A DNA stretch of 64,000 bases from Octopus vulgaris (lineage: Eukaryota), in the NCBI GenBank assembly GCA_951406725.2, contig OX597817.1, positions 11,470,001-11,534,000 on the forward strand, read 5' to 3'. Below are positions 24,754 to 37,689 of this stretch, in pieces (position 1 is the first letter of the stretch; every line of letters begins with the position of its first letter). The notes under the pieces are model-generated. The model did no database searches, was not told where the DNA came from, and saw only the letters and a list, made by a program, of their open reading frames with translations. The translations under genes and the position numbers were made by a program.

Positions 24754-24754
<1 letters not shown>
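23681..24754 (-). mobile_element. Second, more decayed R4/Dong-type fragment
   Basis: RLYVKRKEG, RRPNIVIF..IIDVMI, EKSEKYQPL, IPVVNGALG, ALLGTACILRRVLSL; flanked by (TAA)n. Confidence 0.85.
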
Positions 24755-24799
<45 letters not shown>

Positions 24800-24966
24800 G
24801 AACAGTAGAGGTTACTGACTCCGTGCTTTGACCCTTCTCAAAAATATAGAAAAATATAAACGCACTCATACACACACATACATATATACATGCATGCATA
24901 CGTACATGCATGGATGTATGCATGCATACATACATGCACACATACATACATACAAATATATATATG

Positions 24967-25033
<67 letters not shown>

Positions 25034-25563
25034 CTATAATTAAGGCATATTCAGTCTAAGTCATAAACACTCGGACCCGTCGAGTTTCTTCAGACATGCC
25101 AACTAAGTAAAACTACTTCCGCGAACTTCATTAGGCAAAATTAATGAATTGCTGATTTGGATTTTAAGAAATTAATTATTATCGCGACAATAAATCACGG
25201 CTATCAAAATTCGGGGAAACTTCATTGGTGTTCAGACTTCTGACAATTAACAACAGTAGTTACTATATTGCAAAAGTGCATAAACGTATATAACCATTGA
25301 TATCAAAATATTATTTTTCAAGACCTGCTGTCCCTGGCCTCTTACACTCAGCAATCAATATGTATTACTTTACATCGAAAAATGTCCCGGTGATATACAC
25401 ACATACACACAACACATAGACAAATATATACACACAGACGCAGACCCACATAGACACACACACACATGCCACACATGTATACGAATGTGTACTTATATAT
25501 GTATACACTCACATGCCCACGCGCGTGTGCACACGCCCACACTCACACACACAAACATACACA

Positions 25564-25627
<64 letters not shown>

Positions 25628-25679
25628 CATATAGGCACACATATAGACGTAAGTATGTGAGCGTGCTTTATTTATTTAT

Positions 25680-26258
25680 ACATACATATATAGACATACA
25701 TACATACATACATACATACATACATACACACACATACACACATACATACATACACACATACATACATACATACATACATACATACATACATACATACATA
25801 CATACATACATACATACATACATACATACATACATACATACATACATACATACATACATACATACATACATACATACATACATACATACATACATACATA
25901 CATACATACATACATACATTCGAACATACATACATGCATACATACATACATGCATACATACATACATACATACATGCATACATACATACATACATACACA
26001 CATACATACATACATACATACATACATACATACACACATACACACATACATACATACATACATACATACATACATTCGTACATACATTCGTACATGCATA
26101 CATGCATACATACATGCATACATACATACATACATACATACATACATACATACATACATTCGTACATACATACATACATTCATACATACATACATACATA
26201 CATGCATGCATACATACATACATGCATGCATACATACATACATACATACATACATACA

Positions 26259-26289
<31 letters not shown>

Positions 26290-26290
26290 G
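25680..26290. repeat. Long (TACA)n microsatellite (~610 bp) with TGCA/TTCG variants
   Basis: Direct reading. Confidence 0.95.
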
Positions 26291-26529
26291 ACTATACAAA
26301 CATACGCCCATATGTATATATGTAATTAGAGTTATTCATTTAAAGCTGGTTTGCGAATCACAACGGTACATTTATTGAGTAACTAAATCTAGAAAGTAGA
26401 GTCAAATATATTGTAGAATTCGTGTCGTCTTGCGTTTTATTCATACAATCATTCTGTTTGAAAAACCCTTTCCGCGAAACTTGAAATTTCAGTCAAGAGG
26501 AATATTTTAGAATACGTACACGTGTATAA

Positions 26530-26750
26530 AAGCGACTTGCTGGCAGAATCGTTAGCACGCTAGGTGCAATGCTTGGCTGCATTTCGTCCAACTAGCACCT
26601 TCTGCGTTCAAATTCCACCGCGGTTGAGTTTACCTTTCAGCCTTTCAGTTCAATAAAATAAGTACCAGTTGAACACTGGGGTGTCGATATAATTGACTCA
26701 GCCCCACCCCCCGAAATTCCTGAATTTGTACTAAAATTTGAAACCAATAT
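26530..26750 (+). mobile_element. tRNA-derived SINE family D
   Basis: CTGGCAGAATCGTTAGCACG, GTTCAAATTCC, CCTTTCA.CCTTTC..ATAAAATAAGTACCAG; homologous to 48720. Confidence 0.7.
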
Positions 26751-26771
26751 ATATATATATATATATATATA

Positions 26772-27139
26772 CTAGCAGTATCGCCCGGCGTTGCTCAGGT
26801 TTGTAAGGGAAATAACTATAAAGCATTTTTAGAGAGTTATAGCCAAAAAATAGCAAAAAAATGGAAAAAAAATGATGGTAAATTTTTTTTTAGAGTTAAA
26901 ACAGGTGGAGTTGCGTCCCCTAGACGGTCTGTGGTTTGGGTTTCTCATTCTCGACCCCATGTCGAATTTATCGATTTCTTTCAGAACTGGGGGAACTTTT
27001 CAAAATTTTCGCTGCGTTAGTTTTGAATTATGACATTGGGCTATGTGTGTGTCAAGTTTCATCAGAATCGGTTGAAAGCTGTGGTCAGAGTGAGGGTACA
27101 AGCAAACAGACACACAGAAAACGCACAGACAAACTGCCG

Positions 27140-27150
<11 letters not shown>
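26772..27150 (-). mobile_element. Non-autonomous Helitron
   Basis: Minus-strand 3' end CCTGAGCAACGCCGGGCGATACTGCTAG|T; 5' end merges into (TA)n; closely similar to 38634. Confidence 0.82.
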
Positions 27151-27203
<53 letters not shown>

Positions 27204-27419
27204 GAACGGGAACGTGGAACTCTGAGAAACAGCTTTTGTTATGTTTCTGCTGCTTTTAAATAAAGCGTATTACTCTACCTCTGGTATTTGAGTACTCTTC
27301 TTTCCAACTTGTTTCACATTTATGTGTTTACTGCGGTATATGTATATATATATAGTGTGTGTGTGTGTGTGTGTGCCTGTGTGTGTCTCTGTGTGTGTAT
27401 ATATATGTATATGTATATT

Positions 27420-27692
27420 GTTACACATCGCTGGTCACAATGCGTTCGCATTGTTTTAGCCTTCGAATGACGTCACTCCACTGGCTAAGCGAGCAGGCCA
27501 ACAGAAGAAAGAGTGGGAGAAAGAGTGGTGAAAGAGTACAGCAGGGATCACCACCACCCCCTGCTGGAGCGTCGTGGAGCTTTTAGGTGTTTTCGCTCAA
27601 TAAACACTCACAACGCCCGGTCTGGGAATCGAAACTGCGACCCTGCGACCGCGAGTCCGCTGCCCTAACCACTAGGCCATTGCGCCTCCACA
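27420..27692 (-). mobile_element. tRNA-derived SINE family C2
   Basis: GGAGGCGCAATGGCCTAGTGGTTAGGGCAGCGGACTCGCGG head; homologous to 37208. Confidence 0.85.
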
Positions 27693-28355
27693 TGTATATA
27701 TATGTATATATGTATATATGTATATATATACATGTATATATGTATATATGTATATATATATATATGTATATATATGTATATATGTGTATATATATATATG
27801 TATATGTGTATATATATACACTCAAGTGTATGTATACACACACTCTTACAGCTCTGACCCTTATTCGTTTCAAACTTCTCCAATCAACACGTCCCTTCTG
27901 ATAATTTTGTTCGCCCTTTTTCCTATGTTTCCTTCACTTCATCATCATCTCTTTCTTTCTTTCTTTCTACCTCTGTCTGTCTCCTCTTCGCGCGCGCGCA
28001 CACACAAGCAGGTAAAAAAAAAAGACAAGAACACAGGCATGCGCATTAATGTGTGTCTGTCTGTCTAGAAATTGTTTTTTTTTTTTCTGGTTTCGGAACA
28101 AGGTCAGAAATTTTCAGAGGTCAGCAATCGCTTGGATGGACCACGTGCTTGACATTTACATATTTTTTATCAATCACAGCAGAATGAAAGAAATAATTGG
28201 TCTTCGAGGAATTTGAGTTCGGATCATAAAGTACTAGAACAAATACCGCAATGCATTTTCCTGTCTGTCTAACGATTCTATCAATCCGCCATCGTGGTTT
28301 ATCTACAAGTAATATCTCGTTTTTTTTTTTCAATTAATCTTTACTAAATTCCACA

Positions 28356-28769
28356 GGCGCAGAAGTGGCTGTGTGGTAAGTAGCTTGTTTACCAACCACA
28401 TGGTTCTGGGTTCAGTCCTACTGCGTGGCACCTTGGGCAAGTGTCTTCTACTATAGCCTCGGGCCGACCAAAGCCTTGTGAGTGGATTTGGTAGACGGAA
28501 ACTGAAAGAAGCCTGTCGTATATATGTATATATATATATATGTGTGTGTGCTTGTGTGTCTGTGTTTGTCCCCCTAGCATTGCTTGACAACCGATGCTGG
28601 TGTGTTTATGTCCCCGTAACTTTGCGGTTCGGCAAAAAGAGACCGATAGAATAAGTACTGGGCTTACAAAGAATAAGTCCCGGGGTCGAGTTGCTCGATT
28701 AAAGGCGGTGCTCCAGCATGGCCGCTGTCAAATGACCGAAACAAGTAAAAGAGTAAAAGAGTAAAAGAG
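28356..28769 (+). mobile_element. SINE family A, full length
   Basis: As 17660. Confidence 0.92.
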
Positions 28770-30357
28770 GGAAATCCAGGTACAACCAAAACTAGTGTGT
28801 GGCCGGTCCGAGGTCCGTTTATTTAGAAGTGGAATGAAACAGGAAGTGTCTTACAGAGACTGAATCTTGTAATGTGGTTCTTCAGGAGAGGTGTGTACGT
28901 TACAGAAGCTTTGTTGGTATGTCACGTGAAATTGATTTGCATTCTAGTTCAGTTGGTCTTTAATCTCTCTCCTTCTTTTACATGTACAGAGTATTTCATT
29001 CATCTTTCATAACATGCGTACACAAACACATACACACACACATCTGTGTTCAGATCCTATTTTGAATCGTTTGGAAATTGAGAAATAAGATTCTTTTATG
29101 AAGTTGCCAGAAAGCAAATGTTACTTGAAATAATAGCTCATAATCTATGAGGAAATACCGAAAATAATGCAATGCGAATAAAACCTTACCCACAGGAATC
29201 AAACCGCATGCCTGCAGCAGACCGAACGGCTGTGATACCAGTATACCAAAGAGACCGGTTGACTTTTAATTGCGAAATTGGACGGTTTAATCTTTCAAGC
29301 GAATAAAAGGAATTTATTTTTAGTCTATATTGAGAAATTTGAAAATATATCTCTTAAAATATTACTCAAAAGGAAATATAGTTATAATAGTTAATAACAT
29401 ATATATCAGCAGACCCTCTTTGTGTATAACATGAGAAATACAAAATGATATATTTTTCTGTTTCACGTTTGAATTTTTAAATATTATCTTATAATTATAT
29501 TTACTTAAAGTGCTCTACGAGTACTTTATTAATATATAATCATATTTATTTAAAGAGCTCTTAAGTACTATTTTCATTAAGTATGATTTGATATAGTGGT
29601 GGACCACAGTAAATTATGGTTATTTCCTCGAAATTGTATATGCAGTAAAATGTAGCCGGTATTTAAATTTCTGTTAGTTTTTTTTTTATATTCTTCAAAT
29701 TCAGCCGACATCGACATTACCTTTCATCCTTTCCGAGTAATCGACTTTCTCTCTGTCTCCCAAAATTCCAGGCCTAGTATCAAATTTGAAATCGATGTCA
29801 AGAATTCTTCATTTGAAAAGTCATATTTCGAAAATTCAGCATGCATCTCAAATACCATTGAAGTTAAAACACGATATGTTCATTAATGGTTTCACGTTCA
29901 AATTTCTTTATGCATCTAAAATACTGAAGTAATGTTATCTGTGAATCACACACTTGATTTTTATAAAATTAAATTATAATCTTGAAATGTATTCAAACGG
30001 TATGAAAATTAATGGTCTGGTTCATCGAGCTTAAATTAATTTGAATGTAAAACAATGAAAAGAAATATTTTGTCTTACAAGCAGTTTGAATACGATATTT
30101 AGATATGGAATTTGGGTAAAAGGAAATAGACTTACCAGAATATATAATTTGTACCTAACAAGCTATTTCCAAATTATGAACTAAAAATTGTTCAAAATGT
30201 CATCAGATTTTGTTCTTTCTCGCCTGTATGATTAATACAGCAAGTTTCACCGTTTAAGATTGGCAACTCATTGGTGTGGTTGTATCACGATCGTTTAGTT
30301 TACTGCAGAAGTGTGGTTCGATTCCGTATCGAAGTTTTCCGTGTAACTTTCCGTGTA

Positions 30358-30411
<54 letters not shown>

Positions 30412-30659
30412 AGAGAGTAGCCTATCACATATGTCGAGGAAATTGACAGAAGCTGCAGATGCAACGATTCACATCTCTGAATTATGGAAGAAGACGAGTA
30501 AAACTAATATTTTCACAATTTCACACAAAACAATAGATTTTTCAAGGAGCATTTCACAGCAAATCTGTATTTCAGGTATGATTATCAAAACAATATTCAA
30601 TTTCACTTTAAGTTTGACCAGTGCATTATATGTACGAAAATATACGCATACATATGTAG

Positions 30660-30697
<38 letters not shown>

Positions 30698-30785
30698 TAA
30701 AATGAGGTAATCAGATCGGATATCCGATCTGATTACCTCATTTTTTCTAATATATAATACCTGTACATCATCTCCAAACCTTCCA

Positions 30786-30860
<75 letters not shown>

Positions 30861-31184
30861 TGTGCGTGTGTGTGTGTGTTTGCGCGCGTGAAGGTGTGTG
30901 TGTGAGTGTGTGTGTGTACCCATACATATGAATATATTGGAATGAGAAGAAGAATTCGCAATCAATCTTGTTTGCAAAAGCTATATAGTATATTTAACCT
31001 GAATTCCTGCTCTGAGACTCCGGGTTCACGCTTCGAAAATCATTAAGCGAGAACGTATATTTCATTATTGATGTATGGAATTCTCGTTCTGAGAAAGAAA
31101 ACCACTTTAAATAAACTATGAATATATAAATACATTCAACACACGTATATATTGATACATTTATACACACATACACACATAATA

Positions 31185-31600
31185 GGCGCAGGAGTGGCTG
31201 TGTGGTAAGTAGCTTGCTAACCAACCACATGGTTCTGGGTTCAGTCCCACTGCGTGACATCTTGGGCAAGTGTCTTCTGCTATAGGCCCGGGCCGACCAA
31301 TGCCTTGTGAGTGGATTTGGTAGACGGAAACTGAAAGAAGCCTGTCGTATATATGTATATATATATATAAGTGTGTGTGTATATGTTTGTGTGTCTGTGT
31401 TTGTCCCCCTAGCATTGCTTGACAACCGATGCTGGTGTGTTTACGTCCCCGTAACTTAGCGGTTCGGCAAAAGAGACCGATAGAATAAGTACTGGGCTTA
31501 CAAAAGAATAAGTCCCGGGGTCGATTTGCTCGACTAAAGGCGGTGCTCCAGCATGGCCGCAGTCAAATGACTGAAACAAGTAAAAGAGTAAAGAGTAAAG
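31185..31600 (+). mobile_element. SINE family A, full length
   Basis: As 17660. Confidence 0.92.
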
Positions 31601-31632
31601 ATACATATATATACATATATATAAAACTATAG

Positions 31633-31728
<96 letters not shown>

Positions 31729-31954
31729 ATACATTTATATGTGTATATCCTTAATTAAATATATTCTGTTAGAATATTATACATTGAATTCATAATGAGT
31801 GCTTTTTGTATAAAATGTCAAAATTATACGAACGATTATATAAATCAACATTCTACATCTCAAATATGGAATACAGGATAAGGGACTCTTTATTCAAAAC
31901 TGTCATGGATTATCAAGATGAATTTACCAAGGACATTTTTTTACCTTTTTTTTT

Positions 31955-32168
31955 TTCTTTTACTTGTTTCAGTCATTTGACTGCGGCCATGCTGGAGCAC
32001 CGCCTTTTTAATCGAGCAACTCGACCCCCGGGACTTATTCTTTTGTAAGCCCAGTACTTATTCTATCGGTCTCTTTTGCCGAACCGCTAAGTAACGGGAA
32101 CGTAAACACACCAGCATCGGTTGTCAAGCGATGTTGGGGGGACAAACACAGACACACAAACACACACA

Positions 32169-32214
<46 letters not shown>

Positions 32215-32380
32215 TACGACGGGCTTCTTCCAGTTTCCGTCTACCAAATCCACTCACAAGGCTTTGGTCGGCCCGAGGCTATAGTAGAAGACAGTTGCCC
32301 AAGGTGCCACGCAGTAGGACTGAACCCAGAACCATGTGGTTGGTAAACAAGCTACTTACCACACAGCCACTTCTGCGCCT
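31955..32380 (-). mobile_element. SINE family A, full length
   Basis: Reverse complement of the family consensus. Confidence 0.92.
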
Positions 32381-32510
32381 GTGGAATTTAGTAAAGATTA
32401 ATTGAAAAAAAAACCCAGTAAATTTTAATCTATTCTTTCAAAAATACCTTCTCATATATTTTTCTAATTTTAAAACAACATTCGATTTGTTATAAAATCT
32501 TTACCTTCTC

Positions 32511-32602
32511 CATCTCTGACGAGCGGAAGTATTGTCTATCAATGTGTATCAAAAACAGATTCCATTATAACGAAAATACTTTCGTGAAAAGATCGTAAGA
32601 TG
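32511..32602 (+). ncRNA. Minimal type I hammerhead ribozyme
   Basis: CAUCU CUGACGA GCGGAAGUAUU..AAUACUUUCGU GAAA AGAUCG UA AGAUG; 5-bp helix I, 11-bp helix II. Confidence 0.78.
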
Positions 32603-32786
32603 CATTAATTAACAAATTTTTAAACTGTCATGTTTCATATATTTACACATATTTTCAATTCAATACTATTTTAGACATATATATCTTCGTCAGAAATTTT
32701 TTTATATTGAATTTCATGCTATTATTTAAAAATACAGTAGACATATATATGTGTGTATATATACGTATATATATGTATATGCATGT

Positions 32787-32822
32787 AGAATCGACGTTAT
32801 CAGCATACATGATTTTAATGAA

Positions 32823-32870
<48 letters not shown>

Positions 32871-32978
32871 CACATATATTCACATATACACACACACATA
32901 CACACACACACACATATATATATATATACATATACACATATATTCACTAAAATCATGTATGCTGATAACGTCGATTCT
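32787..32978. repeat. ~48-bp inverted repeat around a microsatellite spacer
   Basis: AGAATCGACGTTATCAGCATACATGATTTTA.TGAATATATGTG / CACATATATTCA.TAAAATCATGTATGCTGATAACGTCGATTCT. Confidence 0.85.
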
Positions 32979-33711
32979 TATTTCTATCATTATCATGTAA
33001 GAATTCCACGTGTTTTTCCATTTAATTGAAACATTTCAGCCCCTTCTTTGCTATTTTGTCTTAACACGTGTTTTCTTTGTGTTCTTTCGCATATTTCGCA
33101 AGAATTTGGACCCTTCGGCTCCCATACACCGAGAAGCAGTGACCGACTCTATATTTTGACACATTGCTATTGCCGTTTTAATATGTTATTTTGTGATACA
33201 TTTCTTACTTGGAGAGAAACAAATAGCATTTCAAGTATTCCGAACATGATTCGAAGGTTGAAAAATAACAGATTTTGGAATGCTCTTATTTAAGGCTTGT
33301 GGATTTCTAAAATATTCTGAGCATTCTCAGAAATGGATACTTAACGACATTCATTTAACTTCCCATATTAAAAGTTAGTATTAAAAACCTGCCTTCTGAA
33401 ATATTTTCTACCTTTCTACTTTGAACAGTTCATACTCAAAAGATTCAGTTCGACGTGTCTTATTTGACTTTGTATTTCTTCTCGAGGAAAGTAAAAGTCT
33501 GGCAAAAACAATAAGCTTTCCACAACCTACAATAATTAAAATGTCGAAGAACATCGCCGTTCGCCTTTACATTGAAACAATTCTCTCACCTTTGGTTATA
33601 ACTATTCGTCACAATCTTGCGAAATCTGAGTTATTTTCTTACTGGCGAATCCATGACAAAGACTCTGCTTAATTAAAACAAAGAAAATAATAATAACAAT
33701 AATAAAGATGA

Positions 33712-34120
<409 letters not shown>

Positions 34121-34142
34121 AAATAATAATAATAATATTAAT

Positions 34143-34450
34143 ATTAATTGTTATCGCCATATTAATATGGCATTCTTATAGATATAAGAATAATCGCTGC
34201 CGCTGGTCAGCTCCATGAGGCCACCGCCCTAAGATAGCTATTGATACACGATCTGTATCCATTATAACCTTCGAACAAGGGAGGTCAGCCGCTTCACACT
34301 GCCAGTCCGACAGCTTGTTCGAAGGTTATAATGGATACAGATCGTGTATCAATAGCTATCTTAAGGCGGTGGCCTCATGGAGCTGACCAGCGGCAGCGAT
34401 TATTCTTATATCTATAAGAATGCCATATTAATATGGCGATAACAATTAAT
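34143..34450. repeat. Foldback: 137-bp inverted arms, 34-nt spacer
   Basis: 34143-34279 vs 34314-34450, about one mismatch. Confidence 0.92.
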
Positions 34451-34559
34451 TTCCAGTAAACGCTGTCGTAATCTCTTTTATAGAGACTTAGTAATTTTAA
34501 TATTTCTATTAATAATATTAATAATAATCATAATAATAATAACAACAACAACAACAACC

Positions 34560-34908
34560 TTTAGAGAGTACAAACTTCCGCCAAGGCAACACCAACTTCC
34601 TCTCCACGATTAGCCAGAGATAATTTTTAAAATAAGAATATTCTCTCACAAACGAGAATATTAAAATGAACTCGACCGCTCTCAAAAATTAAGTAAAAGA
34701 AAAAACAGGAAAAATATCCAGAATCCTTGTTCGGTATGGGATCGATCCCAAAATCTAATAAGGCTCGTGCCAGTCACAAGGCCAAACATCCCTGAAAGTT
34801 TCATCCGAATCCATCCAGCGGTTTTCAGATATCTTGTCCACGGACAAACAAACAAAGAAATACGACTGAAAAACAATACCTCCGCCTTCGTTAAGGCGGA
34901 GGTGACAA
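34560..34908 (+). mobile_element. Helentron-associated non-autonomous element (HINE-like)
   Basis: Subterminal CTTCCGCCAAGG, (CAAA)n tract, 3' stem-loop ACCTCCGCCTT-CGTT-AAGGCGGAGGT. Confidence 0.65.
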
Positions 34909-34929
34909 TAATAATAATTATTGAAATTA

Positions 34930-35495
34930 TTGGAATTCCACAGGGTGGAAGAGACTTAATAGCAGTTGAAGAATGTGTACAAATAGAAAGAAAAAGTTTA
35001 GTGGAGTATTTACAGAACAGCACCGACAAACTACTAGAAACGGTAAATAAAGAAGAGGTGATCAAGCGTGTAATAGGAGAAGAAGACAAGAATGAAATCC
35101 AGAGAGGGCACGTCAGATAGATTGCAGAGAAACCTCGAAATGGCCAATATTGGAAAGTCAGTGAGGGACAAAAATCTCGGTTTGGTTAAAAAAAATAGGG
35201 CAATTAAAAGAAGAAACAGACAGCCTAATTGTAGCAGCCTAAGATCAAGGGATAAAACCAAACAATTTGAGAAAAACATATATGGAGATATAGACAAATG
35301 GCTGAAGGAGATTGAAATGAAATGCTCTGTGGAGCTTCTACAGAAATTTTGTCTCTTAGGGGCAACAAGAATTATCAGGAGGGTTTTAAGCATTTAAAAG
35401 ACTCCTGAAAAATTGTGAATACCTAAGGCTACAGGTTGTAACACGCTAGCCACAAAAACCCGACCAGATATAAGACTGAACCTGATGCAAACCAA
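34930..35495 (+). mobile_element. Internally deleted R4/Dong-type fragment
   Basis: GGRDLIAVEECVQIERKSLVEYL ... VELLQKFCLLGATRIIRRVLSI*; ends in AATAATAAT. Confidence 0.75.
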
Positions 35496-35659
35496 AATAA
35501 TAATAGCTTTTTATCTAGGCACAAAGTCAGCGATTTTGAGATGCATTTATGTGTGAGCTGTGTGCGCGTGTGAATAAACTGACACTCGAGGATGTGTGTG
35601 CAACAGTACGACACAAGTGTTTTAGTCGTCTTTATGTTGATATGTGTTCTATATGTATA

Positions 35660-36039
35660 CACTACCGTCAGAAATTAATTAGCACCCTTGATTTGCTCTT
35701 CACTCAAGGTATGTGCTGTCACCTAGTGGCCATATCTCGAACTATTGCTTTGTTGCGAGTTCACTGTTGCGCAGAACGATGACGTAACTTTGTTTGCAGA
35801 GCAGTTTGAGAGTCTACAGCCTTATGATGTTGACATAGCAGTGCAACAACAACTTGGAGTGCGGATGCAGACAAATCTTCCTCTGTTTAATAGATATAGG
35901 TAGCGCCTCGCAAGGACCGAAATCACACCATACTAAGTTTTCTCATCGCGTAAGACGTTTTGAACAGCTCATAGGTTAATTGATTTAACCTATTTAATGT
36001 AGAAATTTGAAAAGTGCTAATTAATTTCTGGCGCAAGTG
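35660..36039. mobile_element. Tc1/mariner-type MITE (380 bp) with TA target duplication
   Basis: TA|CACTACCGTCAGAAATTAATTAGCAC ... GTGCTAATTAATTTCTGGCGCAAGTG|TA. Confidence 0.8.
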
Positions 36040-36542
36040 TATGTGATCGTGTGCATATATTTACTCAGGAATCTTAAATACCTGGTATATGCATTTGTAT
36101 AATTATGTCTATCAGAGATAACTGTTGAGATTATGTGCAATTTATTTATTAATTTAAGTGAAGTGAAATGATAGACGAGAATCGAGATCTTATCATTGAC
36201 TTAATTACTCGAGCTACACTTATCAAAATAAGAAGCCCGTATTTAACATACTGGATACTTGCATTAAAAAAAACAACTTAGCAGTGTAATTTTACTGACA
36301 ATACACCATCACTTTATCTAAGTGAGTGTTGTCTAACATTTGATGAATACTTCGATTAAACCGAAGACAAGCAGCAACTGTCTTTAGCTTTCTTGAGGTT
36401 CAGTAATAAGACCGTCATATGTGGGTACACGCGTGACTGTGTAAACGGCGTGCAGTTATAGTTGTTTATCATAATCGTACATAATGTCACTAGATTTAAC
36501 ATCTACGTTTCTTATTCTCCCTAACACAAATATACGAGCGTG

Positions 36543-36607
<65 letters not shown>

Positions 36608-36654
36608 ATATATATATAAATATATATGCATATTTGTATGAATATATATACATA

Positions 36655-36725
<71 letters not shown>

Positions 36726-37207
36726 TTATGTGTGTATGTATATATATATGTACATACATACATACATGCATACATACATGCATACATACATACATACATG
36801 CATACATACACATATATATACATGCATACATACATACATACATGCATACATACATACATATATATACATATACATATACATACATACATTCATATAATTT
36901 CTATTCATCTAAACACATGTGATGTGTTGGATGGAATTAAAGGAATTTTAATCACTACACCAAGTTTGGAAACTATTGAAATCATATTACATATGTGTGT
37001 GTGGTGGTCTCCTCGTATATGAACATATATACCTAATCATATACGCAATACACGCAAACACACCCATACGCACACAGACGTACACAGACACTTATACACA
37101 CAAACACACACACATTCCCAAACACTCAAACTTCCACTCTGTGTACAAAAACAGTGGCACTAAGGTATGTATTTTTATTCATAAATATGTATGCGTATAT
37201 ATGTATG

Positions 37208-37515
37208 TGTGGAGGCGCAATGGCCCAGTGGTTAGGGCAGCGGACTCGCGGTCGTAGGATCGCGGTTTTGATTCCCATACCGGGCGTTGTGTGTGTTTAT
37301 TGAGCGAAAACACCTAAAAGCAACACGAGGCTCCGGCAGGGGGTGGTGATCCCTGCTGTACCCTTTCACCAGTCTTTCTGTCACTCGTTCTTCTGTTGGC
37401 CTGCTCGCTTAGCCAGCGGGTGGCGTCATTCGAAGGCTAAAACAATGCGAACGCATTGTGACCAGCGATGTGTAACTACATCTGATGGTCTGGTCGGTCA
37501 CGTGGTCACGTGATA
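37208..37515 (+). mobile_element. tRNA-derived SINE family C2
   Basis: Homologous to 27420; GGTCACGT repeat tail. Confidence 0.85.
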
Positions 37516-37689
37516 TATGTATGTAACACACACATATATCTCATATTTGATAGTGAATACAAACACGCATACACACATACAAAGGCGCATGAAAACATAT
37601 TCATACATATAGACATAAACATACATATATTTCGAAAGAGTGAGCGTGTGAGCAAAGAACGGTGAGATAGAAATATACAATATACAATA

